A DNA stretch of 64,000 nucleotides. Source: Dehalococcoidia bacterium (lineage in GTDB: Bacteria > Chloroflexota > Dehalococcoidia > Lucifugimonadales > UBA1123). The translations under genes were made by a program, and so were the position numbers. The stretch lies in contig JAGWBK010000022.1 in the NCBI GenBank assembly GCA_021295915.1, forward strand, positions 22,740 through 86,739, read 5' to 3'. Every line of letters begins with the position of its first letter. The first letter of the stretch is position 1. Under the pieces are notes generated by a model, which saw nothing but the letters and a program-made list of their open reading frames with translations, searched no databases and was not told the origin of the DNA. Below, piece by piece: positions 44,658 to 53,902 of the stretch.

Positions 44658-45269
44658 CTACTGTAGTGGCGAGAACTCGGCCGGAATGAGCAGCTTACTC
44701 TCCTGGTGCATTGGCACCACGGGGCTGGCAGGAGGCCAGATTCCCAGGGCATGCGTCTCCTCGCGCACTATCATGCGCTGCTCGAAGCTCTGGTATGCCC
44801 AGATGTGCGTCCACCTGTTCATCGAGCCCCCGTCGGAGTAGAACGCCCCAACGAACGGCGAATACTTCTCGCGCTCCTCGATGGCCTCACCCCAGGCGTC
44901 GATGACCTGCGCAATCTCGCCCGCCATGTACGTGTATGTCCTGATCTCGTACAGGGGCCCGAATTCGGCCTCCTCGAGCGGACGCGTGAACGGCGCTGGC
45001 AGGTAGATGTCGGACTGCATGTTGACGACGAGCTCTCCCAGGTCGCCCCAGACATTCCTTGCCTTCATCTCTCTACGGGCCTCATCGCGCTCCGCCATGT
45101 CTTCGTACGGCCAGATGTGTAGTATCTGGTTCAGCGGACCCGCTTCCGTGTGCCAGAACCCGGCGAGTGGGGAGATTTCCAACCTGGTGGGAAGTACCTC
45201 GGCAACGCCCCTCTCCAGTTCGGGTACGCTGCGTGGCTTGAGGTCGTAGGTGTGGAAGTCATAAATCAT
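44658..45269 (-). CDS. NIPSNAP-domain protein (two tandem domains)
   Basis: 203 aa with YDFHTYDLKP...ILHIWPYEDMAERD and YEIRTYTY...WTHIWAYQSFEQR. Confidence 0.8.
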   Translation of the reverse strand: MIYDFHTYDLKPRSVPELERGVAEVLPTRLEISPLAGFWHTEAGPLNQILHIWPYEDMAERDEARREMKARNVWGDLGELVVNMQSDIYLPAPFTRPLEEAEFGPLYEIRTYTYMAGEIAQVIDAWGEAIEEREKYSPFVGAFYSDGGSMNRWTHIWAYQSFEQRMIVREETHALGIWPPASPVVPMHQESKLLIPAEFSPLQ

Positions 45270-45521
45270 ATCACCTCTCCTTATGCATATAAGCTTACTT
45301 ATTTAAGGCTAGTATATGCAAGAGTGTCGCGCAACAGGAATTTCTAAATAGTTCGCGCCAGATTCTCATCCGTCTCCGTCACAAACTGCACTCGGACAGG
45401 CGCGGCAGGTGCGGTGCTATAATTCGACTGCCGTCAGCGCCAACTTTGTTTACTTTGACTGCACATCTGCCTTGCAATCCGCTGCCGCCCTCCACGGGCT
45501 GATATGTGACTGGAACATTCA

Positions 45522-48179
45522 ATGATCTCCATCGACTTCAAGAAAATTACGCTGTCCAACGGTCTCGACGTAATCCTGTCTCCTGACCGGTCTCTGCCGG
45601 TAACCGCCGTTAACGTCTGGTACCACGTCGGCTCCAAGAACGAGGAGCGCGGCAAGACCGGATTTGCCCACCTGTTCGAGCACGTCATGTTCGAGGGTTC
45701 GAAGAACCACGACGTAAGCTACTTCGAGCCGCTGCAAAAGGTCGGCGCGAACCTGAACGGGTCAACCACCCCAGACCGAACCAACTACTGGGAGAATGTG
45801 CCTTCGAACCATCTCGACCTCGCGCTGTGGCTCGAGTCAGACCGCATGGGATATCTGCTCGAGGTGCTGACAGACCGCAAGCTGGACGTGCAGCGGGACG
45901 TTGTAAAGAACGAACGGCGCCAGAACTATGAGAACCGCCCCTACGGGATGGCGCCGATGCTGCTGCAGCCTGCGCTGTTCCCTGCGCCTCACCCGTACAA
46001 CTGGACTACAATCGGCGATCCGGAGGACCTGGATAACGCGTCTCTTGAAGACGTGAGGTCGTTCTTCCAGACCTTCTACACGCCGAACAACGCGAGCCTT
46101 GCCATCGTGGGCGACTTCGACGTTGACGAGACACTCGCAAAGGTGGAGCGCTACTTCGGAGACATCCCATCAGGTCAGGAGGTCAACCGCACGGGCCGGA
46201 TGGACACGACGCTGACAGGTGCTGTGGACATGGAGGCCCATGACCGCGTCCAGCTTCCGAGGCTGTACCTTGTATGGCCGGCGTTGCCCGGGTTTACGGC
46301 CGACCAGCCCGCCCTCGATATCATCGGCGCCGTACTCGGAGATGGCCGGAGTTCGCGGCTTTACCGCTCGCTGGTCTACGACGCGCGCTCAGCACGCGAG
46401 GTCCGCGTGTACCACCATGCCCAGGAGATTGCCGGCGAGTTCATGGTGCAGGTCACCGCGAACCCTGGACACACGCTCGAAGAGCTGGAGCGGGAGGTCT
46501 ATCGGCAGATCAAGGACATCTCCAGGGGCGACGTCAGCGAGCGCGAGTTGGAGCGCGCCAAGAACCGCATCCAGGCCTCGCACGTCTTCCAGCTTGAACG
46601 GTTCGGAGGATTCGGTGGCCGCGCGGACCAGTTGAACTACTACAACGTGATGACCGGCGATCCGGCGTACATAAACCAGGACATAGACCGGTACCTGGCA
46701 GTCACGCGAGACGACATTGCGAGAGTCGCCGGGATGCTGTCCGATGCCAGGGTGCGACTGGCGATTCACCCGGAGGAGCAACGCACGACCGTGGCTTCGC
46801 CTGTCGATCGCAGCGCGACTCCCGCGGCGTCACCACAGCCCGTGTTTACAGCCCCTGTCCCGAACCGTGCCAAGCTAGGCAACGGTCTGAATATCCTGCA
46901 CGTGGAGAAGAGGGGGCTCCCTACGGTGGCTTTCGGGCTGGTGGTCAGATCAGGTGCGATATCCGACCCTGCAGACAGGGCCGGCCTTGCCCACCTCACG
47001 ACCTCCATGCTGCCTGAAGGGACTTCGAGCCGATCTTCTGCACAGATCTCCGACGAGATCGAATTCCTGGGCAGCCACCTACGCTCCAGCGCGAGCCGAG
47101 AGCACATAGTGCTCATGTCGGATGGGCTTTCCACGACCTGGCATGATGCTCTAAGCATACTGGGCGACATAGCCCAGAACGCAGAATTCCCTACTCACGA
47201 GCTTGAGCGCGTCCGAGCCAACCTGCTGACTGACCTGCGGCGCGTTTCAGACAGTCCTGCGACCATCTCGGGACGAGCCACCCGCGGCGTCATGTTCGGG
47301 CCCGGAACGCCCTACGGACACCCGCTCACGGGTGTAGAGAACTCGGTCGAGCAGGTATCGGCAGACGATCTGAAGGCCTTCTTCGGCGCAAACTTCCGAC
47401 CGGAGAATTCGACGTTTATCATCGTGGGTGACCTGTCGACTGACGAGGCGGTAGAAGCCGCGAACGAAACGTTCGGGCAGTGGTCCGCCGGGCAGGGACA
47501 GGGATCCGAAGTGGCTGAGTCAGAGCCCCCTACACAGTCTCAGACGACGATATACCTCGCCGACAAGCCCGCCGCAGCGCAGTCAGTGGTCAGGTCTGGG
47601 CATCTGACCATTCCACGAAAAGACCCACGCTTCATGTCCTTGAACGTGTTCAACTACATCTTCGGCGGCCAGTTCGGAGCCCGGCTGAATATGAACCTGA
47701 GGCAGGACAAGGGTTACAGCTACGGGTACATGTCCAGCGTCGAGTGGAACCTCGGCCCGTCCATGCTGATCGCAGGCGGCGGAGTGCAGACTACCGTGAC
47801 GAAAGAGACCGTGATCGAGACTCTGAAGGAGTTCAACGAGATCCTCGGCGACCGGCCCGTGACTGATACTGAGTACAGCGACGCTATCGACGGGATAATG
47901 CGAAGCATTCCCAGCCAGTTCGAGACGCAGTTCCAGATACTCAGCCAGTTGACTCGCATCGTCACGTTCGATCTTCCGGACGACTACTTCACGCACTATC
48001 CTCAGCGTCTGACCGAGACTACCCTGGACGACGTGAGGAGCGCCGGTTCCAAGCTGCTGGACGTCGATCACCTCAACATCGTGATCGCAGGCGATGCTGC
48101 CGAGATTGAGCCGGGGCTGAGTGAACTGGGCCTGCCAATAGTACCAATAGACTACGAGGGGCGAGTTATCGGTGGATAG
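45522..48179 (+). CDS. M16 (pitrilysin/insulinase) family zinc peptidase, double-module
   Basis: 885 aa. The first module carries HLFEHVMFEGS (HxxEH). The second M16-like half lacks the motif. Confidence 0.9.
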   Translation: MISIDFKKITLSNGLDVILSPDRSLPVTAVNVWYHVGSKNEERGKTGFAHLFEHVMFEGSKNHDVSYFEPLQKVGANLNGSTTPDRTNYWENVPSNHLDLALWLESDRMGYLLEVLTDRKLDVQRDVVKNERRQNYENRPYGMAPMLLQPALFPAPHPYNWTTIGDPEDLDNASLEDVRSFFQTFYTPNNASLAIVGDFDVDETLAKVERYFGDIPSGQEVNRTGRMDTTLTGAVDMEAHDRVQLPRLYLVWPALPGFTADQPALDIIGAVLGDGRSSRLYRSLVYDARSAREVRVYHHAQEIAGEFMVQVTANPGHTLEELEREVYRQIKDISRGDVSERELERAKNRIQASHVFQLERFGGFGGRADQLNYYNVMTGDPAYINQDIDRYLAVTRDDIARVAGMLSDARVRLAIHPEEQRTTVASPVDRSATPAASPQPVFTAPVPNRAKLGNGLNILHVEKRGLPTVAFGLVVRSGAISDPADRAGLAHLTTSMLPEGTSSRSSAQISDEIEFLGSHLRSSASREHIVLMSDGLSTTWHDALSILGDIAQNAEFPTHELERVRANLLTDLRRVSDSPATISGRATRGVMFGPGTPYGHPLTGVENSVEQVSADDLKAFFGANFRPENSTFIIVGDLSTDEAVEAANETFGQWSAGQGQGSEVAESEPPTQSQTTIYLADKPAAAQSVVRSGHLTIPRKDPRFMSLNVFNYIFGGQFGARLNMNLRQDKGYSYGYMSSVEWNLGPSMLIAGGGVQTTVTKETVIETLKEFNEILGDRPVTDTEYSDAIDGIMRSIPSQFETQFQILSQLTRIVTFDLPDDYFTHYPQRLTETTLDDVRSAGSKLLDVDHLNIVIAGDAAEIEPGLSELGLPIVPIDYEGRVIGG

Positions 48180-48234
48180 ACAACATCATTCAGACGATTC
48201 TGACCAGGCGCTTTGTGAGACTATGGAGGACAGG

Positions 48235-48498
48235 ATGCTTTCTGTAGGTGTCAGAGAGTTGAAGCGAGACGCTAGCGCAATCGTCAAGAAAGTACGTGAC
48301 GAGAAAGAAACCATCGAAGTCACATACAGGGGCATCGTGGTTGCGCAAATCGTGCCGGTTGAGTCTGCCGAAGACCGACGGACAAGGTTCGACATGATTT
48401 GGAAGCAGATGGACAAGCTGGCTGAAGAGATCTCGGCAAAGTGGGACAGCGACGAGTCAGCAGCGGACGTCGTGAGAGAGTCCCGAAGGGAACTCTAA
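48235..48498 (+). CDS. Type II antitoxin, Phd/YefM family
   Basis: MLSVGVRELKRDASAIVKKVRDEKETIEVTYRGIVVAQIVPV. GGAGGA lies 4 nt before ATG 48235. The stop is 1 nt before the PIN gene. Confidence 0.8.
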   Translation: MLSVGVRELKRDASAIVKKVRDEKETIEVTYRGIVVAQIVPVESAEDRRTRFDMIWKQMDKLAEEISAKWDSDESAADVVRESRREL

Positions 48499-48499
48499 C

Positions 48500-48907
48500 T
48501 TGTACATCGTTGACGCGAGTGTATGGGTCGCCAGATTCTGGACCCGCGATCCTCGTCACACTGAAGCCCGCAGCTGGGTGTTTGAGACGCTTTCGCGGGG
48601 AGAAGAGATACTTGCGCCTGCCATTCTGCTGGCAGAAGTTGCAGGGCCACTGGGCCGAAGAACTGGAGAAATAGAACTGGGTCTGACTGCGGCTCGGCAG
48701 CTTGGTAACCTACCAGGCCTCCGCCTCCTGGATATCGATGAACAGATGGCGCGACTGAGTGGCGAGTTGGCCGCTCGACTAAGGTTGAAGGGCGCTGACG
48801 CTGTGTATGTAGCAGCCGCGATGATAGAGAACGCGCCACTAGTTACACTGGACCGTGAACAGAATGACCGGGCGTCTCGCATGGTGACTGCTTTCACCCC
48901 CACGTGA
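48500..48907 (+). CDS. vapC: PIN-domain toxin VapC
   Basis: 135 aa, MYIVDASVWV...LLAEVAGPL...GADAVYVAAA...LVTLDRE. Confidence 0.85.
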   Translation: MYIVDASVWVARFWTRDPRHTEARSWVFETLSRGEEILAPAILLAEVAGPLGRRTGEIELGLTAARQLGNLPGLRLLDIDEQMARLSGELAARLRLKGADAVYVAAAMIENAPLVTLDREQNDRASRMVTAFTPT

Positions 48908-48957
48908 GTTGCCGGGCTCCCGCAGGAGAAAAAGACACCCCTAAACAGGAGGGAGCT

Positions 48958-49203
48958 ATGAGAAGTGAACAATACAAGGGTTGTGACATCGTCGTGATGC
49001 GGGAGTTCGAGGCCGTACCGGACGGACACAACCTGCTCAACACTATGTCTGACGATGCTAAGCCTGTGATCTCTGTGGAGATTCAGTTCCCCGACGGGAC
49101 CGAGATCAAGAACCAACTGCCCATAGAGGACGAGAGCAGCGGAATACTGTACGCCTATCGCATCATCGATGAGATGGAGCGCCGGAATGCTTCGTCCTCC
49201 TAG
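48958..49203 (+). CDS. Hypothetical small protein
   Basis: 81 aa from an ATG 5 nt after AGGAGGGAG. I recognised no motif. Confidence 0.4.
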   Translation: MRSEQYKGCDIVVMREFEAVPDGHNLLNTMSDDAKPVISVEIQFPDGTEIKNQLPIEDESSGILYAYRIIDEMERRNASSS

Positions 49204-49230
49204 GTACTTCTTGCGGGACGGACTATCGAA

Positions 49231-50169
49231 ATGACAACTGCATCTTCGCTCAAGAACCTTCGTCTCATGGAGACGTTCAGAAACCTCTTCTATACGCCGA
49301 TCTACGTGGCGGTCTCCGGAGGCTTCTTCTACCGGCACGGACTCAACGTGATGTTTTCGACAATGCCGGAAGGCGGAGCGGCGATGGACATCATCCGGTC
49401 CGGCGAGGTGGACGTTGTGCAGACAGGCGTCAGCCGCAGCTTCGTTGAGCTGGACCTGGGACATGAGGACGCCCCGCTGCACATCGCGGAGATCAACCGC
49501 CGCGACGGCTTCTTCCTAGTCTCGCGTGAGCCGACAGACGATTGGGAATGGAAGATGCTAGAGGGTACCACACTGGCCCCGGTCGGGTTCACACCCGTTC
49601 CGTGGAACTCGCTCCGAGCAGCCATGTTGAAACACGGCGTCGATCTCGATTCGCTCGACCTGGTGACCGGACTCTCCGCGCAAGATGCGCTGGACCAGTT
49701 CAGGGCAGGCGCTATCGACTATGTCCACATGCCGCATCCACAGGCAGGACTCCTGGTAGCCGAGGGCTCTGGGCACATTGCAACGGCGCTCGGGCCTGAA
49801 CTTGGGCACATCTGCTACAGCTCGTTCGCCGCGATGCCTGACTTCATAGAGTCACATCCGGACACAGTGCAGGCCTTCGTCAACGGCTTCGACGACGCGC
49901 TCCGATGGCTGGCGGGCGCAGAAGATGCTGAGGTAGTGGAACAGGTCGAGCCATTCTTCGCCGAGCTTGACTCCAGCCTGTTGCAAGACTGCATTCACCA
50001 ATACAGGGCGAACAACACATGGCCAGAGAGCGCGGCCATCACGGAGTCCTCTTACAACGGGATGCGGGACATCCTGATCGACGGCGGGATGGTTCGAGGC
50101 CGGCACGAGTACGACAGGCTGGTGAGACCGGAGTTCGCTGCGACGTCGGCCGAGCGGAGTTTTCTGTAA
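49231..50169 (+). CDS. NMT1/THI5-like (nitrate/sulfonate/bicarbonate SBP-fold) protein without a signal peptide
   Basis: 312 aa with LFYTPIYVAVSGGFFYRHGLNV..., a periplasmic-binding-protein type 2 fold pattern and no hydrophobic N-terminus. Confidence 0.6.
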   Translation: MTTASSLKNLRLMETFRNLFYTPIYVAVSGGFFYRHGLNVMFSTMPEGGAAMDIIRSGEVDVVQTGVSRSFVELDLGHEDAPLHIAEINRRDGFFLVSREPTDDWEWKMLEGTTLAPVGFTPVPWNSLRAAMLKHGVDLDSLDLVTGLSAQDALDQFRAGAIDYVHMPHPQAGLLVAEGSGHIATALGPELGHICYSSFAAMPDFIESHPDTVQAFVNGFDDALRWLAGAEDAEVVEQVEPFFAELDSSLLQDCIHQYRANNTWPESAAITESSYNGMRDILIDGGMVRGRHEYDRLVRPEFAATSAERSFL

Positions 50170-50170
50170 A

Positions 50171-50875
50171 GTGAGACTGCCGGCCACGATCGTCGCTATC
50201 CGCCAGGAGACGCCGACGATCAAGTCGTTCGCCTTTGACCTCCATGGGCGAGAGATCGGATTCATGGCCGGCCAGTGGGTGGACTTCTTCGTTACCCTTG
50301 AGGGCGCAGAAGCCGTCGGCGGCTACTCAATAACATCTTCCCCGGCAGAGCAGACGACGTTCAGTCTCGCAGTGAAGCAGGACGGCTCCGACCACCCTGT
50401 CACCAACTGGCTCCATGATGACGCGCGAGTCGGGGACGAGGTCGAGGTCGCACTTGGTGGAGACTTCTACTATGAACCGGAAGAGGCCGACTCGGTCGTG
50501 CTGATTGCTGGCGGCATCGGGCTGACTCCGCTGATGAGCATCGTGAGATCAGCGAACGAGCTTGCGACTCGTACACGTCTGGCCCTCGTGTACAGTGCAG
50601 CGACGCCGGATGAGCTGCTGTTCAGGGAGGAGCTTGTATCGATAGCTGACGCCAATCCTCGCATCAGACCCGTCTTCACAGTCACACAGCCTGAGTCCGA
50701 CGCCTGGGATGGACACACGGGGCGGATTGACGCAGGCCTGCTCAGGTCGGAGTCCGTCGATCTAAATGCCCTCTTCTTCGTGTGCGGCCCACCAGCCATG
50801 ATCCGGGCGATGATCGCGATGCTCCGGGAGCTGGGCGTACCCCGTCCGCGGATACGTTACGAGCAGTGGTGGTAG
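50171..50875 (+). CDS. Ferredoxin-NADP reductase-like FAD/NAD(P)-binding oxidoreductase
   Basis: 234 aa with GQWVDFFV, GGYSITS (RxYS-type FAD motif variant), VLIAGGIGLTPLMS and FFVCGPPAM. Starts 1 nt after the upstream stop. Confidence 0.8.
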   Translation: MRLPATIVAIRQETPTIKSFAFDLHGREIGFMAGQWVDFFVTLEGAEAVGGYSITSSPAEQTTFSLAVKQDGSDHPVTNWLHDDARVGDEVEVALGGDFYYEPEEADSVVLIAGGIGLTPLMSIVRSANELATRTRLALVYSAATPDELLFREELVSIADANPRIRPVFTVTQPESDAWDGHTGRIDAGLLRSESVDLNALFFVCGPPAMIRAMIAMLRELGVPRPRIRYEQWW

Positions 50876-50947
50876 GGGTATGGGCGGGGGGACACGCGTT
50901 ACTGACCTGAAGATGTCGATCCACTTAATCCTGCGTGGCGACTGCGG

Positions 50948-51367
50948 TCACTGACCATCCCAGGGATTGAACACATCTATGTCGAGATGCTGGAAATCTC
51001 GGACATTACGGGTGGCAACTGTAAGATCATGAGCCTTGGCTATTCCGGCGATTAGTATGTCAACGAGGTCGGGGGGACGCCCGGAGCGGACCGCGTCTGC
51101 CCGGAAGCGTGCGGCCCACTCCGCCGCCGCCCTATCAAGTTGCAGGATTCGGTCCGAATAGCCAGTGAGGAACCTTGAGATACCCGCTCGCAGACGATCC
51201 CGGCGCTGTCCCGGGGGCGCGAGTTGCAGGCCAAACTCCAGCTCATGCACAACCAAGGACGCTAGCCACAGATCAGTGGATTGAGCGAGAAATGAGATGA
51301 CCAGGAGATTGGGACGGCTCTTTGTCATCTCCGACACGACATTCGTGTCCAGGAGAAACCCGCTCAC
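50948..51367 (-). CDS. vapC: PIN-domain toxin VapC (FitB-like)
   Basis: 139 aa, FLLDTNVVSE...VVHELEFG...DILIAGIAKAHDLTVATRNVRDF. Confidence 0.85.
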   Translation of the reverse strand: MSGFLLDTNVVSEMTKSRPNLLVISFLAQSTDLWLASLVVHELEFGLQLAPPGQRRDRLRAGISRFLTGYSDRILQLDRAAAEWAARFRADAVRSGRPPDLVDILIAGIAKAHDLTVATRNVRDFQHLDIDVFNPWDGQ

Positions 51368-51669
51368 TCTTTACCCCAGTCGTCATCGTCCCAGTCAGCA
51401 AAGGAAATCTCGCGACGCGACTCCCCGCCACGGTCTGGTATCTCCAGATTTGTCCCACGGGGCATATTCTCGATGAGCCACTTACCCAAGGGTGGCCGGG
51501 ATGGCTGCCTCTCATCCCATACACGGGCAGGTACGACTACGAAGGACTTCCGGGCCCCGATGCGCTGGGGACCCTCTTCTTCCGACAGTCGCAGAATTTC
51601 CGACAGACGCGCTTTTGCCTCTGCTACAGTCCATACTCGTTGAGGTTTAGAGTCAAGCACCGTTTGCAC
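51364..51669 (-). CDS. Type II antitoxin (Phd/YefM-like) paired with the VapC at 50948
   Basis: 101 aa with VWTVAEAKARLSEILRLSEEEGPQRIGARKSFVVVP. 4-nt overlap with the toxin gene. Confidence 0.75.
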   Translation of the reverse strand: MQTVLDSKPQRVWTVAEAKARLSEILRLSEEEGPQRIGARKSFVVVPARVWDERQPSRPPLGKWLIENMPRGTNLEIPDRGGESRREISFADWDDDDWGKE

Positions 51670-51841
51670 TCCTTACCGTTAGTTGGACTAGTCTATCATA
51701 GTCCACTTACCATAACGACACCGACACACCCAAGGCAATGCCCAGGACCTTTGGCTTCACCGCGCTGAACAGATGCCAGTGGTGCTGGCATGACTCCCAG
51801 GCACTAGAATTCTGGACCTACCATATGACAAGAGGGCAAGT

Positions 51842-52489
51842 ATGAAGCCCGCAGATGATCCTCTCGTCGACTATAGGGCCCTCGTTCGGAGTAGCAACGA
51901 CCGGTGTGCCGCCGCCTACTCCGAAGCCCGAATGGGAGAGGTGCATCCTGAGTTGACCCTGCTCAGTGAGCGTCTGGAAAACGGAGCATCAGTACTCGAC
52001 ATCGGCTGCGGCGCCGGGATTCCGGTAGCAAGAGCGCTGGCGGAGAGATTCGCAGTCACAGGCGTCGACCTTTCCGGTGAGATGATCCGACGGGCCCGGA
52101 CGAACGTGCCGGGTGCGAACTTCATTCATGACGATATCACGTCGGTGGAGTTTCCGGATTCGAGCTTCGATGCCGTGGTCGCCTTCTACTCGATATTTCA
52201 CATACCGAGAGAGGAGCACGCCGTCCTGTTCAGTCGAGTCCACGACTGGCTGAAACCAGGTGGCTATCTCATGTGCACACTCAGTCATAGTAGTGAGTCG
52301 GCATATACCGAGGACGACTTCTTTGGCGTGACGATGTACTGGAGCAACTATGGTCTTGGAGACTACCACGAAATCCTGGACGGGCTTGGCTTCAGCATCC
52401 TGAGAACATCCGCTGTCGGCAACGGGTACTCCGAGAGCCATGAGGCACCCGCAGAAGACCACCCGCTCGTGTTTGCCAGAAGGCAATAA
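51842..52489 (+). CDS. Class I SAM-dependent methyltransferase
   Basis: 215 aa with the VLDIGCGAGIPVARAL motif I and FDAVVAFYSIFH. Confidence 0.85.
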   Translation: MKPADDPLVDYRALVRSSNDRCAAAYSEARMGEVHPELTLLSERLENGASVLDIGCGAGIPVARALAERFAVTGVDLSGEMIRRARTNVPGANFIHDDITSVEFPDSSFDAVVAFYSIFHIPREEHAVLFSRVHDWLKPGGYLMCTLSHSSESAYTEDDFFGVTMYWSNYGLGDYHEILDGLGFSILRTSAVGNGYSESHEAPAEDHPLVFARRQ

Positions 52490-52823
52490 CTCTCACCTGG
52501 GGACCATAATCTCCTGCTTCTGAGGTAGGCGACCTCCCCAGGTTTCAGGGACGGCTGCCTCGTCTCCCAATATTAGCAGGCGCTACTTCGTAAGACCCCT
52601 TCATGCCGATGCGCTCTCGAATTTCGGGCCTTCGGACCCGATGACCTGTCAAACACGGCTCCTCATCACTTCCCCTCCATATGACCAGGGCCAGGCGTGG
52701 CGCCTGTCTTCGAAACTACCGAGGAAATTGGTCTTGCCGACCACCTACATCGGATTTACCATAATTATTGATATAAATCTTTATCATACTAGTTTGTTTA
52801 TATAACTTATACAGGAGCCGGAA

Positions 52824-53825
52824 ATGAGAATCGGAGGAGCAATAAACCGCATTGGGAGGGTCCGCGCACCCTGGCTGTCGACAATTCTGTCCGTAGTGAT
52901 GCCGCTGTTAATCATAGGCAGCGCCGTCATTCCTCAGCAGACTGCTTACGCGGACAGCGCTGGAGCAAGTGAGACCAGCGTGTACGAGCAGTGGCTACGC
53001 CTCGAGGACCACAACGTTGAGGTCACTGAGGGCGATGATTTTAGTCTCGAGATATTAAGGGGAGAAGAATCCACCAACCCATCCTCCACGATGAAGGTGT
53101 ACTGGTACACCGCCCCGATCACCGCCGATCAGTCGGACTTCGATAGCCTGAACAGAGAAGAACAGGTCAGCGATGCCGACCAGACCGAAGCGGGAACCAT
53201 GGCACGCACCTTCCAGACCAAAGAGGACAAGTACTCTGAACTGGACGAGACGTTCAAGGTACGGTTCGAGAACGCCAGAGAAGATGGCGAAGGAGGCGAG
53301 TGGATCGTAACCATCAAAGATGACGAGCGTGTAGGCATCTATGACCTGGAAGTGATCTCGCAACCCTCAGGTGGGTCGGAAAACGATACCTATGTGCCGG
53401 GAGACGTCATCGAGATCGCCGCATACTTCACCGGCCCGGTGACACAGGTGAATCCTGACACGGGCAATAGCGCGGACGACACTGGAATCATGATCCGCGT
53501 TGGTGACGGTCTCCGCCATGCAAGCATGCTCAGGGGCGACGGCACTGACACAATCGTGTTCGGATACACCGTGCAGAGAGGCGATGAAGACAGGAATGGG
53601 ATAAGCATCGTCAATGGCAACAGCAAATCGGAAGTAAATGGTCTGTATTTCAGCCAGGGCAACGCCGGTCTCTGGGCGGCTGACTCGGACGAAACCGAGA
53701 AGGTGAACCGGTGGTACCACGGAATGAACTCCATACCAGGCACGCTGGTGGACGGAGATGACAGCGGCTGCAATATGATGTCCGACACCAATGTCGACAG
53801 CGCTCAGTCGCAGCCAAAGTGCTGA
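52824..53825 (+). CDS. Secreted/surface protein with a Calx-beta-like N-terminal domain and an adhesin-type beta domain
   Basis: 333 aa with a signal-like N-terminus (LSTILSVVMPLLIIGSAVIPQQTAYA), then VEVTEGDDFSLEILRG...VYWYT...ADQSDFDS...ETFKVRFEN, then YVPGDVIEIAAYFTGPV...IVFGYTVQRGDEDRNGISI. Confidence 0.55.
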   Translation: MRIGGAINRIGRVRAPWLSTILSVVMPLLIIGSAVIPQQTAYADSAGASETSVYEQWLRLEDHNVEVTEGDDFSLEILRGEESTNPSSTMKVYWYTAPITADQSDFDSLNREEQVSDADQTEAGTMARTFQTKEDKYSELDETFKVRFENAREDGEGGEWIVTIKDDERVGIYDLEVISQPSGGSENDTYVPGDVIEIAAYFTGPVTQVNPDTGNSADDTGIMIRVGDGLRHASMLRGDGTDTIVFGYTVQRGDEDRNGISIVNGNSKSEVNGLYFSQGNAGLWAADSDETEKVNRWYHGMNSIPGTLVDGDDSGCNMMSDTNVDSAQSQPKC

Positions 53826-53851
53826 TTGAGTGTACATGCAGGAGCATCAGC

Positions 53852-53887
53852 GGCCGCAGGGTTTCGGTCCTGCGGCCTTTCTCTTTT
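53852..53887 (+). terminator. Rho-independent terminator
   Basis: GGCCGCAGG-gtttcggt-CCTGCGGCC followed by TTTCTCTTTT. Confidence 0.75.
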
Positions 53888-53902
53888 GGGCGGTGGTGCC
53901 CC

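Noticed and set aside
45270-45521. Short inverted repeats (GCATATA..TATATGC, TAAGCTTA) in the NIPSNAP/M16 divergent promoter region.
   Set aside because: They are short AT-rich palindromes of a kind expected by chance in promoter DNA, with no second occurrence in the window.
52490-52740. Structured ncRNA in the 334-nt ORF-free region after the methyltransferase.
   Set aside because: I found only one long-loop hairpin (ACCTGGGGA...TCCCCAGGT at ~52496-52544) and no recognisable family signature. The evidence is not enough to call a feature.
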